This document shows positions 22,353-30,893 of a stretch of 48,610 nt of DNA, one piece after another. The number at the start of each line of letters is the position of its first letter. The first letter of the stretch is position 1. Position numbers and translations under genes: made by a program. Under the pieces are notes generated by a model. The model did not search any database, was not told the origin of the DNA, and saw only the letters and a program-made list of their open reading frames with translations. This stretch comes from Methanosarcinales archaeon (GTDB taxonomy: Archaea; Halobacteriota; Methanosarcinia; Methanosarcinales; Methanocomedenaceae), in contig JACUTQ010000002.1 in NCBI GenBank assembly GCA_014859725.1, positions 1 through 48,610 on the forward strand, written 5' to 3'.

Positions 22353-23690
22353 TCAGATGTTTTCAATTGAACAGTATATCTGGCGAATACCTTTCTTATT
22401 GCGCTCACTTACCCGTTCCATCACCAGTTCGGCCATACCACCGCTGGCCAATACCAGGCAGTTAAGCCCCCTCAGTGCAGACAGCATGGCAGATTGTATA
22501 ACATCCACCTCAAAATTCAGGTGAATAGCTGCCTTTCTGGATGTTACCTTGGCAGATGTACCCATAGCACCCACCCTGTCAAATCCTAACATCATTCCAC
22601 AGATCATTTCAATGTTAACCTGATTAGACCCGCCTTCAATGACACGTGGGATTTTCAGCACATGGATAGTCCCTGTTTTAGATATCAGTGATCCAGTAAC
22701 ATCCTCTACCAGCACTTCGTTGCCTGCTGCTGCATCCGACAGCGTTCTGCCTGTAACATGATTTTGAAAATCTGCAACAGCCAAAATTGTACCTTCACTC
22801 ATTATGAGGCCTACCTTTTGCCCCTCCTGTAAGGGGCAGTCAGCCACCGCACATCTGACATCCGTGATGGGGGCTTCCATGGAATCCACAAGGTCCAGTA
22901 TAGTCATGGGAACATGTCCTTCAGCTATCCCCCGGGCTTCGAATTCCCTGTAGGTCTCAACAATGGTCGGAAGTCTTAATTTTGACTGCTCGATAAGTGT
23001 CCGATCTGAAAAAATGCTGCGTGGATGTCCGGATGCACGGATTTGACCACGATTGATGACATATATGATATCAGCCCAGGTTGATGCCAGGTCAACATCA
23101 TGGGTCGAGATGAGAATGGTCTTTCCTAAATGATTGAACTCATTTAGCATATCCACAACCTCGTCCGCACCCACCGGATCAAGATTGGATAGGGGCTCAT
23201 CAAGAATTATCACTTCCGGCTCCATGGCAACAACGCCTGCTATTGCAACTTTCTTTTTCTGCCCGCCGCTTAAATAATGGGGTGGTTTGTCCTTGAATTT
23301 GGTAAGACCCATATATCCAAGAGTACTGTTTACACTGTTTGCGACCTCTTCTGTTCGAAATTCAAGGTTCCTTGGACCGAAAGCCACGTCATCATATACT
23401 GTGGGTGCAAATATCTGGTCATCTGAATTTTGAAAAACGACCCCGATTTTTTTCCGGATCTCACGAAGCGATTTTGCATCGTATCCAAATGGTATGCCAT
23501 TTAGCAAAATCTCACCACTTTTAGGCTTCAAGGTCCCGTTCAATAGTAAAAATAGTGTGGATTTTCCAGATCCGTTCTGTCCTATAAAAGCTATCTTTTT
23601 TCCTTTTTTAATTTCAATGTTAATACCATCAACGGCCAGAGTTCCATCCGGATATGAGTATGTAAGATATTTTGTCTCTAAAATATTCAT
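22353..23690 (-). CDS. cbiO: Cobalt ECF transporter ATPase with about 170-aa C-terminal extension
   Basis: GQNGSGKST, FQNSDDQIFAPTV, LSGGQKKKVAIAG, ILDEP and STHD motifs; last gene of cbiMNQO. Confidence 0.9.
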   Translation of the reverse strand: MNILETKYLTYSYPDGTLAVDGINIEIKKGKKIAFIGQNGSGKSTLFLLLNGTLKPKSGEILLNGIPFGYDAKSLREIRKKIGVVFQNSDDQIFAPTVYDDVAFGPRNLEFRTEEVANSVNSTLGYMGLTKFKDKPPHYLSGGQKKKVAIAGVVAMEPEVIILDEPLSNLDPVGADEVVDMLNEFNHLGKTILISTHDVDLASTWADIIYVINRGQIRASGHPRSIFSDRTLIEQSKLRLPTIVETYREFEARGIAEGHVPMTILDLVDSMEAPITDVRCAVADCPLQEGQKVGLIMSEGTILAVADFQNHVTGRTLSDAAAGNEVLVEDVTGSLISKTGTIHVLKIPRVIEGGSNQVNIEMICGMMLGFDRVGAMGTSAKVTSRKAAIHLNFEVDVIQSAMLSALRGLNCLVLASGGMAELVMERVSERNKKGIRQIYCSIENI

Positions 23691-23699
23691 GATTTTTCC

Positions 23700-24479
23700 T
23701 CAAATAGAAACATAATTTATGACATACGAAGTGGCCATGATGAAGACGAAATATGAAGAGGTTAGAATTACTTCAGATATTTTAACCGGTCTATTGGGGG
23801 TGGAGATGGTCAATTTACCATCATAGCACCTGGAATTCATAGACAAATATGTTTTTTCTCCCTGTTCCCATGACCGTATGAATAGAGTGCTCAGCAACAT
23901 GGACATCGAACGAATTGAACTTTTAAAATCTTTGTATCCCAGTCGAACAGTCTGAGCATACTTAATATTCATAGCTACATCCAGAAATACGAATATATAG
24001 CGATACATCAGCATTGATAGTTCGATCAAAGGCTCTGGGATCCTTGATGTCTTAATAACAGAAAAAAGCTCGACCATGGGTGTTGAAAGAGCAAGAAAGA
24101 ACAAACAGGACATTCCACTTACTGTCCTTGATATCACCAGCACTGCCATATTGAATCCTTCCCTGTTTACAGATAGAGTAGTATTTACAATGCTGATACG
24201 GAATACTTCATTGCCTGATCCAAAGAATAACAATATGATGATCGATCCCATCACGGCAAATACCAGCGGTGCAAATATGAGCTTTATATAAAATCGAATG
24301 GGAATTTTTCCGATATAAACCGTTGCGAAACTCATACAAATGGCGATAATAAAAATAATTACGGGTGATGTGGATGACACACCGAAAAGTAACCCGAAGA
24401 CTACAATAGCCAGTTTGAGCCAGTTGTTGCTATATCTTAAGGGGCTCATTAACGCATAGTCATCAATAAGATTTTTCAT
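23700..24479 (-). CDS. cbiQ: Cobalt ECF transporter T component
   Basis: LMYRYIFVF, AQTVRLGY, LFIRS and MNSRCYDG motifs. Confidence 0.92.
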   Translation of the reverse strand: MKNLIDDYALMSPLRYSNNWLKLAIVVFGLLFGVSSTSPVIIFIIAICMSFATVYIGKIPIRFYIKLIFAPLVFAVMGSIIILLFFGSGNEVFRISIVNTTLSVNREGFNMAVLVISRTVSGMSCLFFLALSTPMVELFSVIKTSRIPEPLIELSMLMYRYIFVFLDVAMNIKYAQTVRLGYKDFKSSIRSMSMLLSTLFIRSWEQGEKTYLSMNSRCYDGKLTISTPNRPVKISEVILTSSYFVFIMATSYVINYVSI

Positions 24480-24507
24480 AATGAATTCTCACATTGAAAT
24501 TCCATAA

Positions 24508-24789
24508 TCATGTGGATTGATTTTTCCCTTTATAATATCCAAAGAAGTAACCTATGATCAAAGCTCCTATGGCAGCTTGAAGTGCAAATAGAAGACTTTC
24601 GATCTCACCACTTGGAGGTTCCCATATAGGTTCAGCTATTGGTTCATAGGCCCCCCCTGTCAATTCTTCAATCACACCCTCGGCCTGACTATCTGCACCA
24701 CTAAACTCAGCATCGGTAGAAGAAGAAATGTATAGGAACTGGGCCACGAATATCAGGATAATTGCAGCGACAATAAGTTCTCCTTTCAT
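24508..24789 (-). CDS. cbiN: Cobalt transport protein CbiN
   Basis: FSGAD and PIWEPPSGEIESLLFALQAAIGA motifs; ATGA overlap with the cbiM stop. Confidence 0.95.
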   Translation of the reverse strand: MKGELIVAAIILIFVAQFLYISSSTDAEFSGADSQAEGVIEELTGGAYEPIAEPIWEPPSGEIESLLFALQAAIGALIIGYFFGYYKGKNQST

Positions 24790-25481
24790 ACCCACAACTC
24801 CTTGATCTTATGAATGGTCTTTTCATTGATCACTTCAAGTTTTACCAGAACATCACTTCTGACCTGGATTACATATTTGAATATAAGCGCTGTAAAAGCT
24901 CCTTCGATAATAGCAAGAGGAATCTGTGTCAAGGCAAAAATGGCTGCAAATGCTTTGAACGATACAAGCACACCTCCGGTTTGTGCCGGAAATGCCAGGG
25001 CAAGTTCCAGGGAAGTAACAACATATGTAGCCCAATCGGCCAGTGCGGTCGCCAGAAACACAGTTAGATAGAAATTAAGATTTAATTTCATACCGAACTT
25101 GAATATAATATAGGCAACTACCGGGCCAGCTATACCCATAGAAAAAACATTAGCACCCAGGGTTGTCAGACCGCCATGGGCCAGAAACATGGCCTGATAC
25201 AGCAATACTATAACTCCAAGAACCGCTGATATTGCCGGCCCAAATAGAATAGCAGCCAATCCGGTCCCTGTTGGATGAGAACAACTTCCTGTTACTGAAG
25301 GTAGTTTAAGGGAGGAGAGTACGAATATATATGCTCCAGCTACAGCCAGTAAAGGTAATATCTCACGTTTATCAGATATGAGTTTGTTTAACTTATAGAC
25401 ACCATAAAATATTACAGGAGTCGATACTGCAAACCAGAATTGCCACCAGGGACCGGGTAAAAAACCTTCCATAATATGCAT
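24786..25481 (-). CDS. cbiM: Cobalt ECF transporter S component
   Basis: MHIMEGFLP metal-binding N-terminus; GSCSHPTG and AHGGLTTLGAN motifs. Confidence 0.96.
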   Translation of the reverse strand: MHIMEGFLPGPWWQFWFAVSTPVIFYGVYKLNKLISDKREILPLLAVAGAYIFVLSSLKLPSVTGSCSHPTGTGLAAILFGPAISAVLGVIVLLYQAMFLAHGGLTTLGANVFSMGIAGPVVAYIIFKFGMKLNLNFYLTVFLATALADWATYVVTSLELALAFPAQTGGVLVSFKAFAAIFALTQIPLAIIEGAFTALIFKYVIQVRSDVLVKLEVINEKTIHKIKELWV

Positions 25482-25494
25482 AGTGATTCTCCAA

Positions 25495-25560
25495 ATCAAG
25501 TTTACTTGTTTTATAACAAGTAAACTTGATAAGTAGATTTAACATTTAAAAAGGTTTCTA
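25495..25560 (-). promoter_or_regulatory. cbi operon promoter with a perfect 16-bp inverted repeat
   Basis: ATCAAGTTTACTTGTT-TTAT-AACAAGTAAACTTGAT at 25495-25530; minus-strand AGAAACCTTTTTAAAT BRE/TATA at 25544-25559. Confidence 0.7.
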
Positions 25561-25704
25561 TTTAATAATCTCAGATTTGATAGTCATAATACCTTTGCTA
25601 AGCCATACTTTTTTCAACCATATTGGTTGAATCAAAGGCAGTGGTGATATAAAATAATTTGAAACCGCTGACAACAAAGATGAAATAACAGTTTTCCCTC
25701 CACT

Positions 25705-25880
25705 CTCACTAGCATACACCCCAGCCTATGCGCCGCATGGCGTTGGGGACTGCTATGGTTACAGCTGCCCCTCCCGGGGACCCGACAACGTGTTTGCCGG
25801 TGAGGTTACCAACAGGGGCTTTGCTTCTGGTCCTGGTTTGATCGATGTACTAGGGATTGGTTCTTAACCTGCGGACCGGC
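25705..25880 (-). ncRNA. Structured small RNA with three hairpins, possibly Methanosarcina sRNA162-like
   Basis: GC-rich island in an AT-rich intergenic region, with stems at about 25831-25856, 25767-25819 and 25710-25755; divergent from a DUF1699 gene. Strand and ends are inferred. Confidence 0.6.
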
Positions 25881-26120
25881 TTCTGAAAGATGATCTGCAA
25901 GGGTTTTATGTTTTCTTCGACGCTTGTATTGATTCCGGGTTAACAAGCATAAATGATATTAGATATTGAAATCCATTTTTTATTAATACCCTATTTCTGA
26001 AGTATACCTTTCATTTTTTTTATATAAACATTAAATTATTCCGTCCATGTTTTATTTATTCTAGAAACTTTTTTATACGATTTCGAACAATATTACATAT
26101 TAATTTTTGGGGCAAAGAAA

Positions 26121-26510
26121 ATGAAAATAAGAGTAGTAAGTTCAAAAAATGAAATCGGTACTGTAGGAAAAAATGAAGAATTTATTCATTTAACATTCAG
26201 ACCATCTAATAAGGATATTTTCCAACTGGTTCAGAGATGTAAGAATCTTAAAGCTATTCACATACCAACTTCCTATAAAAAAACAATATCAAATTCTACT
26301 TTAATGTTCCTTGAAATGCAAAATATTACATTAATGGAAGGTGATGTGTGGGGTCATAGAAAAGATATTAATGAATATTATGAGATTAAACCCAACGTAT
26401 TTGAAAGAATTAATGAACTAAAAGATGCTGGACATTCAAAAGATCAGATAACATCTCAATTGAGCAAAGAAACTCAGTTAAGCAAAGATTTGATTGCTTT
26501 TTTAATATAG
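26121..26510 (+). CDS. DUF1699 family protein
   Basis: MKIRVVSSK, HLTFRPSNKDIF and EGDVWGHRKDINEYY motifs. Confidence 0.9.
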   Translation: MKIRVVSSKNEIGTVGKNEEFIHLTFRPSNKDIFQLVQRCKNLKAIHIPTSYKKTISNSTLMFLEMQNITLMEGDVWGHRKDINEYYEIKPNVFERINELKDAGHSKDQITSQLSKETQLSKDLIAFLI

Positions 26511-26608
26511 AGACAGTTCCTTTGAGTACCAGCCCAAAGGATGCAGGGAGTAAAGCAAATAATGGGTTACAAGACCGTTTATAGGTCTCCTGGATGGAAT
26601 GTAAATTC

Positions 26609-27391
26609 CTAGAGTTTCTTAACCTTTTTATCGATAAGTTTTATGATCTTATCATATGAAGGTGGCGGCCCGGTTCTAACTTTTTTATTATCAATGAACA
26701 GGCCATCTACTATACCCCATTCCTCCAATACATTCCTTTCATTGGTAGCAATCTCCCTGAAAACAACATCTTCACCAAATTCTGCTGCGGCCCTCTTTGC
26801 CCTCTCATACGTTAAGTTCTGGGCCGGGCACCATCCATTGATGAATGCAGTTACTGTCACTTTACCTGGTATGTTATCAGGCATTTTCTTTTGTTTTATC
26901 CATCTGGGAGGAGTGACATCATCTACAAAAGGTTTCCACAGCAGCATAGAAATACCTTCCCTGTCAACGTTGGAATATCCCTGTTTCTTGAACCATGATG
27001 CTTTCATCCAGAAGGGAAGGAATATACCCCATGCAACTATGCCTTTTGCACCGAGATTTTTTGCATCGGTCTCTGCTGCTTGCAGCAATGCTTTTCCCAT
27101 CCCTTTTTTTTTAAAATTTCCCCTCCCCTCTTTATGAGCATGGACCCAGATACAATAAATGAAATACAGGTCTTCCCCTTCTACAAATGAGTGCTCGATG
27201 GGACCGTATTGAATCATTCCACCTACTTTTTGGGTATCATCTCTGGCAAGCTTAACTCTTAACCCCTTATTCTTCATTCTGTCATACCAAAGTTCCTTAC
27301 GAGTGCCTGCTTCCTTCATCTCGTCTGACCAATCCTCAAGGCACATTAAATATAATGGCTTATACTCATCTGTAAGATCGATTACGTCCAC
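26609..27391 (-). CDS. GNAT N-acetyltransferase with thioredoxin-like (YoaP-like) C-terminal domain
   Basis: Acetyl-CoA motif FKKKGMGKALL, CIWV, and C-terminal GWCP...GLFID. Confidence 0.8.
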   Translation of the reverse strand: MDVIDLTDEYKPLYLMCLEDWSDEMKEAGTRKELWYDRMKNKGLRVKLARDDTQKVGGMIQYGPIEHSFVEGEDLYFIYCIWVHAHKEGRGNFKKKGMGKALLQAAETDAKNLGAKGIVAWGIFLPFWMKASWFKKQGYSNVDREGISMLLWKPFVDDVTPPRWIKQKKMPDNIPGKVTVTAFINGWCPAQNLTYERAKRAAAEFGEDVVFREIATNERNVLEEWGIVDGLFIDNKKVRTGPPPSYDKIIKLIDKKVKKL

Positions 27392-27419
27392 GTTTCATCC
27401 CTTCTCTTTAGATATTTGT

Positions 27420-27914
27420 TCAAAACTCCAGCAACGTTCTCTGATACGGGTCATCCACAACTTCCAGGAGCATATCAAACTGTTTTTTGATCCTTTTCAT
27501 CAGATGTGCCCTGAAATTTGGTTCAGGGAAAAGATATATAGGATTCTTAATGACCTCCATCCTGTTCAGGTCGAACAACCCAGGTCCTTCCATCTCAAGA
27601 ATATGCCTTGAGAAATGTTTCGCTGCAAGGTAGAAGTATTCGCATGTCCGCCCGTATGTATCCAGATACTCAACAGCAAGTTTTGGATGCACTTTTTCCT
27701 TCCATTCCTTGATCTCTATACCTACTATGTAATGTCTTTCAGAACTTCTGAAAACCGCAATGATGTCTGCAAGGTTGCATACACTCTTTCTGCACACGAA
27801 GGGTTTCAGATGCATCTCTGATGTATGAAAGACCGGCGTACCATGCTGATGGATCGAGTTAACGATCTCATGGGAATTGATAGTTGTCCCGAACCTGGAA
27901 AATTTCACATACAA
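27420..27914 (-). CDS. Hypothetical protein with PD-(D/E)XK nuclease-like motif
   Basis: E...ADIIAV...GIEIK...Y...CEYFYL pattern. Confidence 0.55.
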   Translation of the reverse strand: MYVKFSRFGTTINSHEIVNSIHQHGTPVFHTSEMHLKPFVCRKSVCNLADIIAVFRSSERHYIVGIEIKEWKEKVHPKLAVEYLDTYGRTCEYFYLAAKHFSRHILEMEGPGLFDLNRMEVIKNPIYLFPEPNFRAHLMKRIKKQFDMLLEVVDDPYQRTLLEF

Positions 27915-27985
27915 TGATAGGTGAAAAATAAAGAAAAATATTGGGTAAGTGAGGTGAAAGTAATAGCGTTAATTCTTACTTTGCA

Positions 27986-28711
27986 TTATACTGTCAATTC
28001 TTCAAATAACCACTTGAATTCCTGGGGACGAATTAAAAATGTAAGATTATTAATGGAACGTACAAGTCCGTACATCTCCTGTGACCTGGTCAATCCAACA
28101 TCATTAAAATTCCCTGGCTTTATTTTCCGGACTTCAGGAACATTCCTAAAATTAGGATTTGGTATCAACCCTTCCTTTGTTAAATAATAAGCGGCCCCAT
28201 GCATCTCAATATATGGCTTATAAACCGATGAAAAATTTCTGGACACCCAATTGGCCATTTTCAGTTCCTTGTTACTGGCATTTATCGTCACATGTCCGTA
28301 ATCAGGTGGGATGATCACCTTATCTCCGGCTGAAGCTTTTATCAATACAACGTCAGATACAACCCCAGCATCCCGTTTCTGCAGCAGGTAATGTGCCTCG
28401 CCGTTCAGGACCTCATATACTTCCGGATATGAGGTGTTGGTATCTGGTACAATAGGATGATAATGACCCTGGGTCTTTACATATTCTTTACCAAGCATGG
28501 CAGGAGGAATAATAGTAATATCATACCGAAGACCGTGTTCTTGAATTATCTCACGGTCTTTGATGCTGAGGGCCAGGTCCCGGTACATGTAATAAAGTAT
28601 CCGGTCTCCAGTCTGCAAAATGTCCGGATCAAGCAGGACGGAAGACATATCTGATAACATCCTTATGCCAGGTTCCTGTGTCTTTCCTCCGAAGGTAAGT
28701 GTTCTGTCCAT
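27986..28711 (-). CDS. pgiA: Glucose-6-phosphate isomerase, archaeal cupin type
   Basis: LRYDITII, KTQGHYH, YPEVYEV and IPPDYGHVTIN motifs. Confidence 0.88.
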   Translation of the reverse strand: MDRTLTFGGKTQEPGIRMLSDMSSVLLDPDILQTGDRILYYMYRDLALSIKDREIIQEHGLRYDITIIPPAMLGKEYVKTQGHYHPIVPDTNTSYPEVYEVLNGEAHYLLQKRDAGVVSDVVLIKASAGDKVIIPPDYGHVTINASNKELKMANWVSRNFSSVYKPYIEMHGAAYYLTKEGLIPNPNFRNVPEVRKIKPGNFNDVGLTRSQEMYGLVRSINNLTFLIRPQEFKWLFEELTV

Positions 28712-28761
28712 ATATATTCCCACATGCATTTTTTGGATTGAATGATAATAATAATAATATT

Positions 28762-29382
28762 CTAATGAAACCTGACCATTCTCCCAATTTCTTCAGGATA
28801 AAAAGACAATACTGTACCAATGGTTATTAAAATTGTGGCCACCCAGAACAATGGTAAGTGAAGGCCACTGGTGCGCATAATCACAAAATCAAACACAAAA
28901 ATCACGATTCCCATATGCAGCATAGCAGACCCGACCTGGATAAAATATCCATCCCTCTCAAAGGTCAGGCCACCCCATTTTATTATTGTCAGAATCATAA
29001 CCGCGGTCTGGATAACGATCGAAATCCCAAGCAAAAACCCAAGACTGGCCTCAATATTGAGGACAAGCGCGATGATGATGTTCAAAGCCAGGATTCCTGC
29101 TCCAGATGAAAGCAGCGTCTGCCGGGGCACGATCCTTTTTGGTATGCATAATCCCAGGATGACCAACAATAATACAACGAATGGATAAATGTATAGGTTC
29201 ATGCTGTCGATATAATGCCCGTATAGAGGTGTTTCAATCCAATTGGGCATTGATTCAGTTGTAATTGTGTAATATCCTATACCATATAGGCACACTAATC
29301 CTATAGCAGTTAGCACTGCTGCGGTAACAACCATAATATAGAAATTATAGGTTTTTGGTTTCATGGTCAGTTTGAGGTTCAT
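28762..29382 (-). CDS. Membrane protein, probable C-terminal partner (CcmF2-like) of a split cytochrome c synthase
   Basis: About 6 TM helices; GSAMLHMGIVIF resembles the His motif of the CcmF C-terminal half; 29 nt downstream of the ccmF1-like gene. Confidence 0.55.
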   Translation of the reverse strand: MNLKLTMKPKTYNFYIMVVTAAVLTAIGLVCLYGIGYYTITTESMPNWIETPLYGHYIDSMNLYIYPFVVLLLVILGLCIPKRIVPRQTLLSSGAGILALNIIIALVLNIEASLGFLLGISIVIQTAVMILTIIKWGGLTFERDGYFIQVGSAMLHMGIVIFVFDFVIMRTSGLHLPLFWVATILITIGTVLSFYPEEIGRMVRFH

Positions 29383-29411
29383 CTTCTGATCATCCTATTA
29401 TTATTGTGTTG

Positions 29412-30443
29412 TTATTGTGTTACAGCATGTATACCCGGTGCAATATATGTAAGTAGATATGTAAAGACCAGGGCCATGAAACATAATATACCGATTATTG
29501 CCGTGGCACGCCACATGTTGCGCTTCTTCAAATAAATCCTGGTGTGCAGATAAGCAGAGTACAGCACCCACATCATGATGCTGCCATTGACCTTCGGGTC
29601 CCACCACCACGACTTACCTTCCCAGGCCACTACAGCCCAGGGATAACCGATGAGCATCCCCACGGTCAGCAGCAGGTACCCTACCCTGGCATGGCTGTAA
29701 GATATCCTGTCAAATATCTTCTCACGCCGGAATAACATGAATACACATCCGACAAAGGTAACAACAAGAGATGCATAAGCTATGAAAAGCATGGGTGGGT
29801 GGGTCCACATGTATTCTGAATTATAATAATATGTTAAACGGAAATACATCTGAATGAGAAATTGGAACAGCACATCAGGGTCTCCCATATTGCTTGCCTG
29901 GTACCAGTTCGTAATCTCCAGATGCACACCGGGAAGTGGTTCCCTGAACGGATTAGATATGAAATAAGTAAGCACAGCAAAGGCGGCAAACATTATATTA
30001 AGGCTTGATGAGAATATTGCAGTCATCTTGGTTTTTAGAAAATCATACCTTAAATTTGAAATTGCCAGGAATATTGAGATACATAAGGTCCAGAAATAGA
30101 GTTTTTCGGTCTCGATCCAGAGGGGAATGGCAAATCTCATGGCGTTTATCCTTACGCCTGTGGTTTGGGCAAAATAATTGGATAGTTCGGCAGGGTAGAC
30201 AAGTTCAATTGCCTGATAGATGCGAAGATGGAACCATGCAATAATAATAAATCCCAAAAACAGTAACAGTGTATCAACAATCCTGAGCTTTTCTGCAAAT
30301 ATGTATGCGCGGGTATCATTGGATAATATATGATAAATGGAAATTATACCAAGGAACAATGAAATTAGGAAAATTACAGTAATTATGGGCTGACCTATGG
30401 TGGTCACAGCTTCACGTACTGTGATGTATTCCTGGTAAGACAT
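29412..30443 (-). CDS. ccmF: Cytochrome c biogenesis protein, CcmF N-terminal half (CcmF1/CcsA family)
   Basis: WTHPPMLFIAY, WWD domain WWWDPKVNGSIMMW, AYLH and terminal GIHA motifs. Confidence 0.85.
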   Translation of the reverse strand: MSYQEYITVREAVTTIGQPIITVIFLISLFLGIISIYHILSNDTRAYIFAEKLRIVDTLLLFLGFIIIAWFHLRIYQAIELVYPAELSNYFAQTTGVRINAMRFAIPLWIETEKLYFWTLCISIFLAISNLRYDFLKTKMTAIFSSSLNIMFAAFAVLTYFISNPFREPLPGVHLEITNWYQASNMGDPDVLFQFLIQMYFRLTYYYNSEYMWTHPPMLFIAYASLVVTFVGCVFMLFRREKIFDRISYSHARVGYLLLTVGMLIGYPWAVVAWEGKSWWWDPKVNGSIMMWVLYSAYLHTRIYLKKRNMWRATAIIGILCFMALVFTYLLTYIAPGIHAVTQ

Positions 30444-30501
30444 CTTAGGTTAAATAAATCTAAAATATTAAAAATTTGATGCTCCCGCCTTCTGGCTGGA
30501 T

Positions 30502-30888
30502 TTATTCGGACAATGTTAGGGCACCATGGGGACACATGGTCACACAGGTCCCGCACTGGACGCATTTGCTAACGTCCATCTCGATACTCCAGTCATCCTT
30601 GAAGGATATCACGCCAGTAGGACATACCGAAATACATGCACCGCAATTGACACACTCATCATCGTCCTTGATAACAGGCAGCTCAAGTCGTATGATCCTT
30701 GCACCGCGTTTTTCAAAGGCTTTAGTGACTTCATCATACCTGTCCTGTGGCACATCTATTACCACTTCGCCTCCTTTTGGTTTAACATCTGCCCTATCGA
30801 TATTCAACAGTGCCTTAGTCTCAAGTATCACTTCTGCTATTAATGGCTTAGCTGTGATTTCCGGAGTAGCGTATAATGTGATCTTCAT
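30502..30888 (-). CDS. NIL-domain 2[4Fe-4S] ferredoxin (MA1822-like homocysteine biosynthesis Fe-S subunit)
   Basis: NIL domain plus CVNCGACISVCP and CVQCGTCVTMCP; 5 nt downstream of the DUF39-CBS gene. Confidence 0.88.
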   Translation of the reverse strand: MKITLYATPEITAKPLIAEVILETKALLNIDRADVKPKGGEVVIDVPQDRYDEVTKAFEKRGARIIRLELPVIKDDDECVNCGACISVCPTGVISFKDDWSIEMDVSKCVQCGTCVTMCPHGALTLSE

Positions 30889-30893
30889 AATTC

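Noticed and set aside
22088..22465. 125-aa ORF as an intact gene
   Set aside because: Only about 45 central codons look like DUF362, and the 3' part runs antisense into cbiO; treated as a remnant.
25705..25880. SRP RNA, RNase P RNA or cobalamin riboswitch
   Set aside because: It is too short for SRP or RNase P and lacks the SRP helix-8 GGAA motif, the RNase P GAGGAAAGTCC motif and a B12 box. A separate TATA box lies between it and cbiM.
20854..26510. tRNA-Pro as the attachment site of an integrated element
   Set aside because: I saw no duplicated tRNA 3' end, integrase or phage/plasmid gene downstream.
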